From Octopus bimaculoides (taxonomy: Eukaryota), in NCBI RefSeq assembly GCF_001194135.2, contig NC_068989.1:9594223-9658222 (forward strand): a stretch of 64,000 nt of DNA, written 5' to 3'. Below, piece by piece: positions 37,965 to 51,812 of this stretch. How positions within the stretch are numbered: position 1 is the stretch's first letter; each line of letters begins with the position of its first letter. A program made the position numbers and the translations under genes. Below the pieces are notes generated by a model. That model was not told where the DNA came from, did not search any database, and worked only from the letters and a program-made list of their open reading frames with translations.

Positions 37965-38913
37965 CATATGGGTTTCAAAATTACCATGATAATTAGCGAA
38001 GAGCATTTGAAATATGCATATTTTGAGTGACTGTTGTATTATTTTTGTATATACCTGTATATGGTGTATGCTGAGAAATATAATAACTTCATTCGACAGG
38101 AGGTAAAAATCTAGATATTTTACCTCTCTCTCTCTCTCTCTCTCTCACATATATGCATACAAACAGACATGATGTATTCTCTATTCTCATTCGACAATCC
38201 TGGCAGGCAGATAGTCAGAAAGCCAGCAGAATATAGATAAAAACAACAACTACAATAATAATAATAACAACAACAATAGCAATCACTACACAGTACTGGT
38301 GGTGTGGAGGAGAATTACTTAATGTATGCAATATCAATTTAAGAACAGCTGTATTGTTTAGTGACATAGCAGAAGAGGTTAAACATTGCAAAATCTGAAA
38401 AACACCAAAGCTATAATAGAATACATGTGAAAGAAAGAAAGAAAGAATATGAATCGCCCTCATTGCTATTGTTTCTTGCAGCAATATCAGAAATGAAATG
38501 GAAATGAAAATGTATTAAACTCAAGTTATCTATACGCAACAGTTGATGTTTCTTTATTAAGCAACATGCAGAAATTATTTCAATTTAGACAAAGTTTGCT
38601 GAAAAATATTAAAATATGACTTTGTTTCAATTCTTTTTCTTTTCTGTTCTTCATTTTATTTTTCCTTTTGTATTATTTGCCATAATTTCCTCTTTGTTCA
38701 TATGTATTAGAGCAACTGACATGTAGCTTATAAACATGTCAGATGCGCTAATATATACGAACAAAGATAACCTAATTAGTTTCATAGAAATTAATTAATG
38801 TTGAAGTTTACAGATGTTTTCACAACTTTGCACATGTCAGAAAATTTTTGTTCTTATTAAGAGTCATCATTGAATAGCAACAACAATGACAGTATATGCC
38901 ACAATATATCACA

Positions 38914-38951
<38 letters not shown>

Positions 38952-39067
38952 GATTAGTATTATTATTATTCTCTTAACACCTACAGATAAATTCTAACAC
39001 AAGGGTGGCTTCAAAAATGGGCTAAATCAAGACCAACTTCCAATAAATAAACTGTACTAAAGAATTA

Positions 39068-40114
39068 TAGGAACAGTCAGAACCTTAAAAACTGCCAGGA
39101 GTAATAAATGATCCACATCCAAAATTGATTACTTCACTGGAGTTTGCTCTCACAATTTGGGTTCCATTACTTACAAACAAGGCTGACTGAAGTTACCAGC
39201 AACTTGAAATATAACAGTGAAACAAAATTCCAAACCTGCCTAGATGGTTAATTAACAATGTCTCGTTCCTACATTTCAAGTTTGGCATAGGTTTTATGGC
39301 TGGATACCTTTCCTGTTGCCAACCTGTTTACAAGATGTTCTGGATATATTTCATCATGCCATCAGCACTGAAAAGGTTGTCATAGCCTCTACAAGACTAA
39401 ATATCTTGTTTATTCTGTATAGTCTCCAACATGTTGTGCTTCATTGTGGAACCAGCATTAAAGGGGTTGCTATGTCTCTAGCAAGACTAAATAATTATCT
39501 CCACTCTACAGTAGCTTCAGTTACCTGCAAACCACCTTACAATATACTGGGTGTATTTTATTTTGGCATTGGTACTTGAGAGTTTATTTCATATGGGTTA
39601 GTCTAAAGAATCATTGTTTCTCCATATTATCTCCATTCATCCACCAGAATCTGAGGGCTCACTTGTCCCTAAACCAGATAATTATTTAGTCTTGCTAGGG
39701 ACATAGCAACCCCTTTAATGCTGGTTCCACAATGAAGCACAACATGTTGGAGACAATATAAAGTAACAAGATATTTAGTCTTGTAGAGGCTATGACAACC
39801 TTTTCAGTGCTGATGGCATGATGAAATATATCCGGTACATTTTGTAAACAGGTTGGCAATAGGAAAGGTATCCAGCCATAAAATCTATGCCAAACTTGAA
39901 ATGTAGGAACGAGACATTGTTAATTAACCATCTAGGCAGGTTTGGAATTTTGTCTCACTGTTATATTTCAAGTTGCTGGTAACTTCAGTCAGCCTTGTTT
40001 GTAAGTAATGGAACCCAAATTGTGAGAGCAAACTCCAGTGAAGTAATCAATTTTGGATGTGGATCATTATTACTCCTGGCAGTTTTTAAGGTTCCGACTG
40101 TCCCTAAACCAGAT
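39068..40114. repeat. Long inverted repeat: arms 39068-39500 and 39676-40106, 175-bp spacer, right arm bracketed by a 16-bp direct repeat
   Basis: Arms align base by base with roughly a dozen differences. tgtccctaaaccagat occurs at 39664-39679 and 40099-40114. Confidence 0.97.
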
Positions 40115-42954
40115 TGAGAGAAGCAAGAGAGGAAGAAAGGGAAGAATGTAAAGCAAGAGAAAAAGAGTGATAGATAGCTACCATTGTTAGTGAAGATGTT
40201 CAATAGAAACACCATGGGTTGTAAAATGGGGGTTAGAGTGATGTTTTAGAAGACAGAGTACTAGAAAGGTGAGAGTGGGAGGAGAGAGTAGTGTGAAAGA
40301 GAGAGTGATGGATGTTGACAATAGGTAACAGATGAGAGAGAATAATGGGAGATCCCCCCACCCACCAACACACAAAAATGCACATTATACATTTGTGTGT
40401 GTGTGTGTCAGTATACAACACACACACATTCACACCCTTTTAATGAACTGTACTGGTTAGATATTAAGCAAGTGAAGATACAGTGACAAAATGTACAGCG
40501 GTTGTAATCTTTGTATTGACAACATCAGGTAGAACAACAGTGAACTAGGATTGGACACATTTACACTATCTTAGCTTCTTAGATAATCTAATTCACTTCT
40601 AATATCTCCATTATTCAACAGTAGATAGAACTGAGCCATTAGCTCTATGCTGCACCAACAATTTATAGCAGCTAGGTATTAACTCAAAGCTATACTCACA
40701 CCAGATGGTACTACTAAAGAATTTATCTCCATTCAAAACACTAGTAATCTAGCGGTACACCACTCTAACCAGTCTGCAAATTCAAGTTCAGTTTATGACA
40801 CCAAACTAGCAGATTCTGTATGAAAGAAAGGACCGAAATATAATGTTTCTAATATTCACATATTCTTTACTGTAAGTCTCCATGCAATATCAATAAATAC
40901 AGTTTCCTTGAGAGCAAAGCCAGATGTTGCTACTTAATAAGCTCTGGATAATGAATCAATGAAAATACACATGTATCTGTTTGTATTACATCAGTTTAGG
41001 TTTGTTTGACACCCTCATTCTATGTTACTATTCTCTGAAACTAATGGAAATATTCCTGTATTTTCCAGAGCACAGTTTTTAACTTGGCCAGCTGGTTAAT
41101 CACACTATATGGAATCCACTTAGCAAAGGCAGCTCTGGTGGTGAGTTTTGTGCTCAAACAGCATTAGCTTGGAGATATATCTATAGGAATTTTTCTGGTG
41201 CTGCTTGCAAGCTCATTGATTAATAAACATGCCAAAACAATGAGCTCATAGCTACGTCATAGAGGTGCAACGAAGGGCAACAAAAGTCTGTGTGTGTTTG
41301 CATGTGAGTGTATGTGTGGAGAGGTAGGGAGGGAGATAGGGAGGGGGGTGGGGGTGGAATCCAATTACAACATGCTGAAAAGAAAACTCAGCACCCCTCA
41401 CCTATACAAAAGAAAAAGTCCTACCCCACTCCAGTAGCACCAGTCAAAGAGACATTTCTGTCACAGAAGTATGGTTATGGCATAACACAAACTGTCTTAT
41501 CAAATAAGGCTTGGTGTGAGTGGGGGTGGGGTGGAATAGAGGGTGCTGGATGGAGGTATTGAAAACGGAGCTTGATCTTTATAGAGGCTGTCATCTAAAA
41601 TATATGTGGAATTGCTGAAATGAATCCACTGATTTGAGAACTGGGGAAGAATGAAAGCCTGACTTGAATTTGTCGCAGTCTAATGCAATTATTTTTCGCA
41701 AGAAAATACCACAAGATTTACCAAGTGTGACATTCATGAGCATCTATGGACTGTATTCTGCATCTGTGCAGTTGCATGGTTGCATGTGCAACACTAAAAC
41801 ATGACACACTACTGACATGTAATCTATGGATCTCTCTTCTTAATCTAACAACAACACAGCAACAGGGAATTAGCTAGCGGAGAAAATTAGGCAATATAGA
41901 AATCTAATTAGAGTTATTGTCTTGCTTGGTTCTAATCTTCTAGTTAGGACATTCTGGAGAGCTTGTTTTCCAGCATCTCTTGCATTCCCTTCTCTGCATG
42001 TCCGATATTGACTTTTTCAGCTTCATTATTACAGCTAATGAAGAATGAAGGTTACTGCGATTAAGTAAAAGATGTCTTTCTGCACAACTGGAAGCAGTAC
42101 TAATGTGGTGTGAAAGAAAATAATATTACATTGGTGGTGGTGGTGGAGGAGGTTTTGCAGAGGTGGTGGGGTTGCAGTAAAGAGACAGTGCATGATGAAT
42201 CAGAAGTCAGAGTGTGGCCAGAAAATTATATGATAAATTAATGATTAGATTGAGAAGAAAAGTCTAAAAGACCAATTAAAAAGTATATTGGAAGGCAACG
42301 AATATGAACTGAGTGAACAAGATAACATGTTCGTTCCTGTGGTGCTACCTCAATTTACAAAGTGATGAATATTTTCAGCTTGGCGTTTCTATGTAATAAT
42401 GTACCACCTCTGCAGGGTTCCCATGACAACCGTTTGCATTTTATTACACAGTTCCAATCCAAGAGAAACTTTTTTTTTTAAGGAAATAATTGAACTTTTT
42501 ACTTTCTTTTCTCTCTTTTTTTTTTTTTTCACAATAATAATCAGAAAAATCTATTAAATATACAGGATTTTTGCTTAGCGTGCTCATCACCAATTATAGC
42601 TATTAGAGAGAGAGAGAGAGAGAGAGAGAAGGAGTGAGAGACATGAATTCTGAAGCAATTTAGGTCATATTAGATTCTTTAGAAAACAATGTGGAAATTG
42701 AATGAAGCAGTGTAGGTGAGTGTATATAATGTGAAGAAGATTGCAATTAATTTATAACGAATCTAACAGCAATGTATGTAGTACAGTATATACACCAATG
42801 CACAACCTTGTATACACACACACACACAGAATACACCAGATATAGTGAACAGACAATTAATGGCTAACATGACAAAAAGCCACCCAAACTTCATACATCA
42901 TAACTTTATATCAGCTTCAATAGAAAAGATAAGACATAGATTTAGAGATGAACT

Positions 42955-43003
<49 letters not shown>

Positions 43004-43186
43004 ATCAGTAAGTATTGGCAGGGTGTTAAATAAAATGTGGTCTTCTCAAGAAATTTTCTTAGATTTACACTTCTGATTTATCGGTACCAGAGGTGAAAGA
43101 AAACCAAAGATTCTGAATATTAAAAAGGAAAATTAGTATTTTGTGTGAAAAGAAATATTATTATCAAGGAAGCTAATTATACTTAC

Positions 43187-43265
43187 TGTCGTAGCAGAGG
43201 AGCAGCTGTAAGCCATCTGTGTTAGGAAGAATTACCATAGTATGTGGAGTTATTGGGCCCTGGGT
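43187..43265 (-). CDS. msn: Misshapen/MAP4K4/TNIK/MINK1-family Ste20 kinase, CNH-domain exon (TQGPITPHTMVILPNTDGLQLLLCYD-N), first exon visible in window
   Basis: Minus strand reads cttccatctctgtctccag|ACC CAG GGC...TAC GAC A|gtaagt. The 79-bp exon starts in phase 0 and ends in phase 1. The peptide matches the recalled CNH segment of TNIK/MAP4K4/msn (I.PH.I..LPNTDG..LL.CY). Confidence 0.95.
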
Positions 43266-44620
43266 CTGGAGACAGAGATGGAAGTGAAAAAAAAAGAGAA
43301 ATGTATAAGAAGAGACAAGAAATCAATTAAGATGAAATATCTAAGCGAAATAGAAACATTTATAGAAACAGGATGGGAACAATTTGTGACTATACTGAAA
43401 GAAATTAAAACTTAACAACAACGATATCAAATTAAAATAAACAAACAATGTCGTAAATTAAAACAAAAACAACAAAAATGAACAAACAATAGCATGAATT
43501 AAAATTTCAATATCATATATAAAAAAAAAAAAATAATAATAATTAAACAAACATATAAACACAAACGTACAGACAACGAAATGAGAGGTGGGAAGATGGT
43601 GATAAAAAGAAACTTATTGATTACATGAAAATATTAACAAAAAAAAAATAAATAAAAGATCAAAACAAACAAATAAACAAAAAGCAATATCAAATGAGTT
43701 TACAATGAGAGCATAATAACAGTGGGGTAGCAGGTGGTGACGAAATTATCGATAACATAGTCAGATGTTGGAGGATCTGATCAGATGAAGTAAAATCTGC
43801 ACATTTCACATTTAGAAATAGATTCTATGTATCTGTGTGTGTGTATAAGTGTATGCACATATGTATGCGTGAGAGAGAGGGAGAGAGAGATATATAGGGG
43901 GGGGGGGAGAGGCATTAGTTGGAACCTCTTGCCAAATGTTATGAAGAAGGTCTTATAAAGCAGGACGGTGAGATGGCAGGAGGGGAGATATATCTTAATA
44001 TAAACAATTTATCATGTAGACTGCAGAGAAGTATATCAAAGGATTATGAGGACCAGTTTTATATTTAATTGCATATAATTACTACTTCAATAGTGAAATC
44101 TGTTTAAAGATTTTCTAACCCAATGATTTCAAACTAAAGTTTGATTTAGCCAAAATAGAATCATAAATTTAATTGCTTAAATGTAATAATAATCTTACGC
44201 TGCAGTTTTCTTCTTTCTTTTTTTCTTTTTTTTTTTTCCCCTCTCTTCCACCCACCGTTTATTCATTTATTTATTTATTTATTTATTTCCATAATGGCTG
44301 ATAAATTATAAAAGATTTTTCAAGCCTAACACATCAATATTTGATGAGAGTTTTAATGTTTAAATTCAGTCAGAGTTCAAAGTTTGATAAACATTATGAT
44401 TTTTTTACAGCAAGCAACTGAAACGAACGAAGGCTTGCAATTGTTGTGTTTCAAGCTAACTGAATAAAGCTATTAACAAATCACTTATGTTTATCACTCA
44501 GGAGAAACCAACAATGGTGCTTTGGAGAGGGTTAAAGCTAGAATGTGAAGAGAGTCTATGGAATGCACTGGTAATTGATATTTACTTCATCATCCTACAG
44601 TTCAGATGCTTCAGTTATCA

Positions 44621-44653
<33 letters not shown>

Positions 44654-45589
44654 CCCCACTCATTCACATGATCTCTCACTTTACCTGATGATCACATTAT
44701 CAGGTAATATGTGTGTATCAATGAGTAAAGCTTCGATAGAAGGAAAAAAACAAAACAAAAAGAGGTAAGAGATAACACATATTGTTTCCGTCTATACAAA
44801 AGAAAAAAAAAAAAGCTCTATTAATTGCATTAACATTATCCATATTCTAGCTGCACAAAATGCAGAAAGTCTCCTTAGGCAATGAGTATGACACTTGGTC
44901 CATAAGAAACACCATACTGATAACAGTGAAAAGGATTAATAAGTATTTATTCAAACAAGATGGCAACCAGAAGCTACATGTATTACGTGTAATTTCGTTA
45001 TTTAGATGCAACCAGAATATACAAAATTATGGTCCTAATTGAATCATAAGATTCTTTAGATCAGGGTCGGAGGTACCTCAGTGTACATTATTCCCCCACT
45101 GCCACCACCTCCCAAATACTTATTTTAGATAATGTTTTCATAATATGTACAATGTTTACCCAACATTAAATGGATAATGTCCATGGAGATTTCAGAAGAA
45201 GCTGACAGCTTCTATTTTCAATAATACAGGCTCGAATATGTAACGAGATTTATGAAAATAAAATAATAGATGCACGAAGAGGAACCCAAGAAGCTGATAA
45301 GAAAAAAAAAGATGCATGTCCACTGTACAGAAGATGCAAACCCAAAGGTGAAAAATTTGAAGGTAAGATGAAAATGAGAAACAGTGTTTGTGCTGAAATT
45401 TATTATCAACAATTGGTACCGTGCTTCCCAATGTTGTAAAACGTTGCCAATGCACACATCAGTGCTGAGTTCTTCACTCAGTTAAGTCAAAGAAATATGT
45501 GTCTAAGTAAAATCTGATGTTATATACAATCTGCTGGGACTCCACCTTGAAGATTTTAGCCGAATGAATTATATTTTTAATTCTGGTTC

Positions 45590-46190
45590 CTATTCTATCA
45601 GTCTCTTTTGCTAAACTGCTAAGTACAGGGCTGTAAACATAGGCGCAGGAGTGGCTGTGTGGTAAGTAGCTTGCTTACCAACCACATGATTCCGGGTTCA
45701 GTCCCACTGCATGGCACCTTGGGCAAGTGTCTTCGACTATAGCCTCGGGCCAACCAAAGCCTTGTGAGTGGATTTGGTAGACGGAAACTGAAAGAAGCCC
45801 GTCGTATATATGTATGTATGTTTGTGTGTCTGTGTTTGTCCCCCTCAACATCGCTTGACAACCGATGCTGGTGTGTTTACGTCACCGTAACTTAGCGGTT
45901 TGGCAAAAGAAACTGATTGAATAAGTCCTGGGGTCAATTTGCTCAACTAAAGGCGGTGCTCCAGCATGGCCACAGTCAAATGACTGAAACAAGTAAAAGG
46001 AGTAAGCCAAAACTGTATTGTGGTAGGGGATAAACACAAAAACAGATATGATGGGTTTCTTTCAGTTTCCATCTGCCAAATTCACTCACAGCTTGCAGCT
46101 ATAATAGAAGATACTTGCCCAATGTCCCATGCAGCAGGACTGAACCTGGAACCATGTGGTTGGGAAGCAAACTTCTTACCACACAGCCAC
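45590..46190. mobile_element. Young family A/B SINE (+, 45642-46002) nested in an older opposite-strand A/B copy
   Basis: The older minus copy begins ttctatcagtctcttttgc and resumes after 46002 (ggggataaacac...tttcagtttcc...cttaccacacagcc). Confidence 0.85.
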
Positions 46191-46479
46191 ATTTGAAAAC
46201 AAAAGGATAACAAGATTAATTACTTTGATTTTGGATGGAGATTACAGATTGTTATTCCAAAGGGTCCACGAGTAACTGAAATTTAGGCTTCAGTGAGCAA
46301 TATCACATTTTTTTGGAAAATGTAGCAAAATTACATTTATTCACCAACATGAGAGCCCATCAAGATGGAGGTTAATTATCCGTGCAATTTGCAAACAAGA
46401 TAATGCAATTAAGCAATGGAAAAACCAAACTCGATGCACAAGGAAGAACCAATATGCAAACAACAGGCAATGGCTTCAT

Positions 46480-46840
46480 GGTCAAGAAGCTCACTTAGCA
46501 ACCGCATGGTTTCAGTGTCTTCTGTAATAACTCCAGGCTGACGAATGCTTTGTGAGAGAATTTGGTAGGCGGAAACTATGTGGAATCCCATCTTGTGTGT
46601 GTATGAATGTGTGAGTTTGTCTTAACCACCACTGTATGACAGTCAGTGTTGGTTTGTTTACATCCCCATAGCTTAACAGTTTGGCAAAAGAGGCTGATGG
46701 AATAAGTACCAAACTTAGAAGAAATAAAATAATAAAAATAATAATTAATAAGTCCAGAGGTCAATTTATTTGACTAAAACCCTTCAAGGTGTTGCCCCAG
46801 GATGGCCGCAGTCCAATGACTGAAACAAGTAAAAGAGAAA
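46480..46840 (+). mobile_element. Diverged family A/B SINE
   Basis: Degenerate head plus the B end gccccaggatggccgcagtccaatgactgaaacaagtaaaagag. Confidence 0.7.
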
Positions 46841-47273
46841 AAACGATAGCAGTATCATCTGTTGCTGAACTGAAAGAAATGGTTTTTCCCAGACCTTTCT
46901 GAAAACTACCAGAACCACAGGTGGTCAAAGAAAGAACAATATCAACTTCAAACAACAGTCTTGTCAATATCACCAATACACAACTTCTTGCAGAAACTAC
47001 CTCATAATGGCCATTGTTAAATATATCATAATGGCCATTGTTGTATATATATATATCAACTGACAAAATTCTTGATCCAATTGAAGCATTCAAAAACCTA
47101 AAAAAGTTTCTAATTTTACCAAAACTTCCAGAAGTCCACCTACGCTTTCTAGGTCTGAAAATGGGGAAAAGATGATATGTTCCTGCATCACTTGCATTCA
47201 CAGAGTCTGTGCAAAGGAACAAGATTGGTAGCTAAGAATCTCAATCCCCTTGTTATTATATATATATATATAT

Positions 47274-47508
47274 CGTTGCTATTATGCAAAAGTGTTGTAA
47301 GTCCAAAATGTTGCTTTTTCAGAAAATGGAAAAATAGTTTCACCATTCCATAGTACAACCCATTGTACTATATTCTGGCAATTTTTGATATCTTGGCATC
47401 TGAAGTAGCTGGAGATACAATAGTTTGACCAAAAGAACCAGCTATTGCAAGCAAAAATAAATATTGAAAAAAACACACTTGGACATACGACAGTTTAACA
47501 TAATAATG
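47274..47508. mobile_element. Second copy of the ~250-bp TIR MITE (see 12253-12500), at the end of a (TA)n tract
   Basis: cgttgctattatgcaaaagtg...catacgacagtttaacataataatg with TA flanks. Confidence 0.8.
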
Positions 47509-50040
47509 ATATAATCAGGCATAAACATATATGCATGTACACACACAAAAACACAATATATGTAATTATATACACAAAGACATATTTTTATGCATATACA
47601 TACATAAGCATACACACTTTTATGTCCGCACATACATACCTATATATATATATATGCATAAGCATATAAATGTGTTTATGTATGTGTGTGCAGACACATA
47701 TATATAGTATATATATATATAGTATGTACATATATGTACATGTAAATACATACACATGAAGATAAATATTATGAGTATATGCATATACACGTTCAAACAC
47801 ATTTGCATGATTTATTTAGAAACGGATTACACATGTTCACAGTGGAAAAGTTGTATTTTCTAAGTTGGACCAGAGCGTTTAGCTGCAAGGGATATTGCAA
47901 ACATGTACACTCAGTAATTATGGTTCTATGAACTTCAAAATTGAAACACATGGCAAATGAACAATGCAGCCATCAATGACAGCTGGTTTTAAATGTTAAT
48001 TTAATTCTGGTGAATAGAGATTGGATAAATGCTATTCAACAGAGTCTCAACATCTGATAATAAAGTAAGAACAACTTGTTTAAATGGACCTTTGGATTGA
48101 GCAAGAAAGAAAGAACTGCAAAATGCAAAAACTGGATATTAGTCCAATCATTCCCATTTCAAAATAGTCAGGATGTATATTTGTGCTGTGAATTATAATC
48201 AAGTGAATAATGGAAAGTTGGTAAATCTAACAATATGCTGCTCAAATAGTGACTGCCAAAACCAATTCTTAACTCAATGAAAGCCATGACTGCTCTGTAC
48301 AACTTTTAACGATCTGCAACTTCTTGAATTTAGACAGAGCTAACAAATGGGATAAAGAACAAAATGTTCAATAGTTTGGGTGCCTGTGAGCTTTAAAGCA
48401 CTGGCCTTATTGATCAGAAGTCTGTGCCATATGACTTTGCTACAGTTACTATCTTGTGTCCTTTAGGCACCGGCAGGCACTGACAAACAATATGCAAATA
48501 GAGATAGTTATGAAGCCATCATACCTCATAAAAGAATAAGAAGAGAAATTATTTGAAGCAATTATTAACATTGTTTGTATATGTGACATCACAGTCCACA
48601 CGAAATGATAACGATGAAGTTGCAAGCACCTGTTTCACATTCTTTATTTTACAATCAGGAGGGGGAAGGGGGAAATTGGAGAGACACACTCTCTCTCTCT
48701 CTCTCCTATTTTTATTTTTATCACACTGACGTGGATATATAGGATAATATAGATTGATTTACATACACTGTTGGTGGAGATGGGGAGGTGTGCATTTCAA
48801 GACCAGATACCATCCCTGATACATCTCAGTGAAGTAGAAGAAGCTGTCTTTGAGTAAGTAATTATTGATTGTCTAACTAGGTTTAAAGCTATGACCTACC
48901 ATCATACATAGTCCAACTCTTACTACAAACACCAAGAAGCAGCCATTAGCTGGGTGCAAGAAATTATCTAATTAGAATGCTCACATAATGGAAGGTATTT
49001 AGCAGCTGCAACTACGGCACAACATTAAATACTTCACCAGGTCAACACCAATGTCTTTTACAGGACTAATTTGTCGATTGCAGTGCATAATGTCTTGCAA
49101 TTAACTTAATGAAGAAAATCAAGGAGCTAATTTAGGCCTAAAGAGAAATTCTTCATATAGAATCAATGTTATGTTAAGTAGATGGCTCTTTTATAAAGAC
49201 TGGAGCCTTTTCAGCTTGTTATATCTAAAGCATTTGCCAGCTGTCATGATTAATAAGTATATTTCCTTCAATTTTACAAAGCCGTGTGATGCTGAGACAC
49301 TGCACCGTGGACACCTGCTTGGATGATTAAAGTATCATCAGGTGTTAATGAAAAGTACCAATAAGAGAGAGAGAGAGAAACCAAGGTAGAACAGGGAAAA
49401 GTGACTGGGTTAGATCAGTAAATGTTGGACATCACATTGTGACAACACAAGATTAAAAAAGACTTAAACAAATCAAAATAGGCAAGCCAGACTAATGACA
49501 AGAAGAAGGACTGCATATTGTGTGTGTGTGTGAACAAATGTGAAGGCATTACTCCCAGTGACTAGTTTTTAACTTCCAACAGCTCTCTCGCTTCACACAC
49601 AACCATTCAACAAAAAATATTGATCATTCTTAATTCTTTATACTATCAATTTTTTAATAAGGATCTCACTGTTGACTTGAAACTAGCTGTACACAAAGCA
49701 GGGTCATGCCTACTTTCACCCATTGCTGCAAAACCTAGACACTATGCAGCAGACAAATAATGCAATAGAAAACCTTCCACCAAAAAGGATTATGTCACAT
49801 ACTGAAATGGAAGTGGTAGGACTACAGCAAATACTAAGAACCAGAGGAAAAAAATGACCAACAAGAGCACCCAGAGAGCACAAACCTTCACCAAGGCAAC
49901 ACCAAAGTCCTCTCAACAGTAACCAAAGATGATTTTTAAAATGAGAATATCTGAAATAAACTCAACTGCTCTCACAAACGAGAATACTAAAAATGAACCC
50001 AACTGCTCTCAAAAATTAAGTAAAAAAAACAGGAAAAATA

Positions 50041-50228
50041 ATCCAGAATCTTTGTGCGGGACTGGATCGATCTCAAAATCTAATCAGTTTGTGCCCGTCA
50101 TGAAGGACTAACATCCCTGAAAGTTTCATCCGAATCTATCCAGCAGTTCTTGAGATATCTTGTCCACGGACAAACAAACAAACATGACTGGAAACAATAC
50201 CTCTGCCTTCCTTAAGGTGGAGGTAATA
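50041..50228 (+). mobile_element. DINE/HINE (Helentron-associated)-like non-autonomous element end
   Basis: (CAAA)n microsatellite followed by the subterminal hairpin tacctctgcctt-cctt-aaggtggaggta (50198-50225). Confidence 0.45.
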
Positions 50229-51177
50229 AAGAGTTCCAGTACCAAAGAAAAGTTCTAACATAGCCATTTCCAAATCTGGGTGAAGAAGGAGGAGGGATAA
50301 GATGACCAATAGTTTTTTAACACGTGAATGTGGCATTCAATCTGCTGCATCCCTGGAAGTCAGTCTTTTTTCCAGGTGTGTGTGTCCTCACTTCGGTTTT
50401 TTGATCTAATGAACAGTTTTGTTTTTTGCTGATTGTGATAATATAACTCTTATCCAAGTAAAACGAGTTACAAGTTCTTTTCTTCTTCACTGGAATCTAG
50501 TGGGTTCTATTGTAATTTCAAGTCCTCAAGACCCAAATTCTAATTACAGTTACAACAGAAGGCAAAGGGTTAGCAGCCTTGCACTATCAATCTTCACCAT
50601 TATGCTGAAATGCCAAGAGAACATATGAAACCAGTCCTGGTAAGGAAAGGTATCCCTTGGAGATTGTGTATGAAGCATTGTAGTGAAAACCAAAAGAAAG
50701 CTACAATCTGGAACAACCTTCTCTTGCTAAGGACAACCACATGACTGGAAACACGGAATGTCAGGACCATGTTTGAAACAGGAAAAAAACCCAAATTGCA
50801 ACACCAGTTTGATACTGATAAAACTGTTTTACTAAATTTTTCATTAACAATGTGGTAACAAAAGGATTAATGTTTGTACTTCAGAAAGTCTCATGAGGTT
50901 TACTAATGACTGTGCTGAGATATTCACTAAAAAAAAAGAAAGTCTTTCAAGGGAGAAAAGGATATTACACATCCTATGGCTCCAAACAATAAACTGCTTC
51001 TCCATTCCAACTATATCTGTACATTGCAAAAACTGTAATCTAATTTTAGTATAATTTTTATTCCATTGCAATTTAATATAATTTTTATGCCATTTCAATT
51101 TAGTATAATTTTTATGCCATTTCAAAACCTTCAACCTAATTTTAATATAATTTTTCAACCCAGATGGCTCTCCAAAC

Positions 51178-51398
51178 CAGTGGTTCCCAACAGTTTTTCT
51201 GTCTATGGATCCCTTTGATTTCTGTTAAAATGTTAAAAAACCCTATTATATTTTTAGAATCAAATATTATTAGAAATTGTATTAAAAAAAAAAAAACCAG
51301 TTAAAATACTCCATGTACTGTAGAAGTAAGACCAGTTTATTGCGCATGAATTTTAACAACAAAATCTTACGTGAACCCCTAAGGGTTCAGAACCACTG
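51178..51398. mobile_element. hAT-type MITE
   Basis: TIRs cagtggttcccaac / gttcagaaccactg. 8-bp flanks ctccaaac / ctttaagc match 5 of 8. Confidence 0.7.
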
Positions 51399-51812
51399 CT
51401 TTAAGCAGTATCCTTGAATACATAGTAATATTGAACACAAAACCACTACATTTAGAGAGCACCCTTTGCCCTTCACTCCTTTCTGTAGATACAGGCACAC
51501 ATAAATCCTTACTAGAATTCTCTGTACCCCACTAGTACTATGAATTATGTGGTCAGTTGCCAAGTATAGCAAACTCTGTAGACACGAGACATTATCAAGG
51601 CTACCAAATTAGGCAATGTTTTAAGAATTAGTCTAAAGCACCATTGTCTTCAGGCAGAGAATACAATAAGAAATATACAGGTATGTCTTCTCTTCTTTAG
51701 ACTAACAATCAAACAAATGAGTACAAAAAAAAAAAAAAACTCTTTATGTACCTTATAATTTTGAAATAAACTGATATGGTTTAAATTTAGATAGAGTTTG
51801 ATGAATGTTTAA

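Noticed and set aside
41325-41360. G-rich tract as a functional G-quadruplex (also ~34800)
   Set aside because: Simple purine-rich low-complexity sequence on the non-transcript strand, with no further support.
44681-44707. ttacCTGATGatc hairpin, and other CTGATGA hits (~6538, ~36993, ~49335 minus), as hammerheads
   Set aside because: No helix II followed by GAAA...UH in register.
46761-47222. 153-aa minus-strand ORF as an msn exon or separate gene
   Set aside because: No resemblance to the kinase or any family I recognise. It overlaps a SINE end and a 24-bp tandem duplication.
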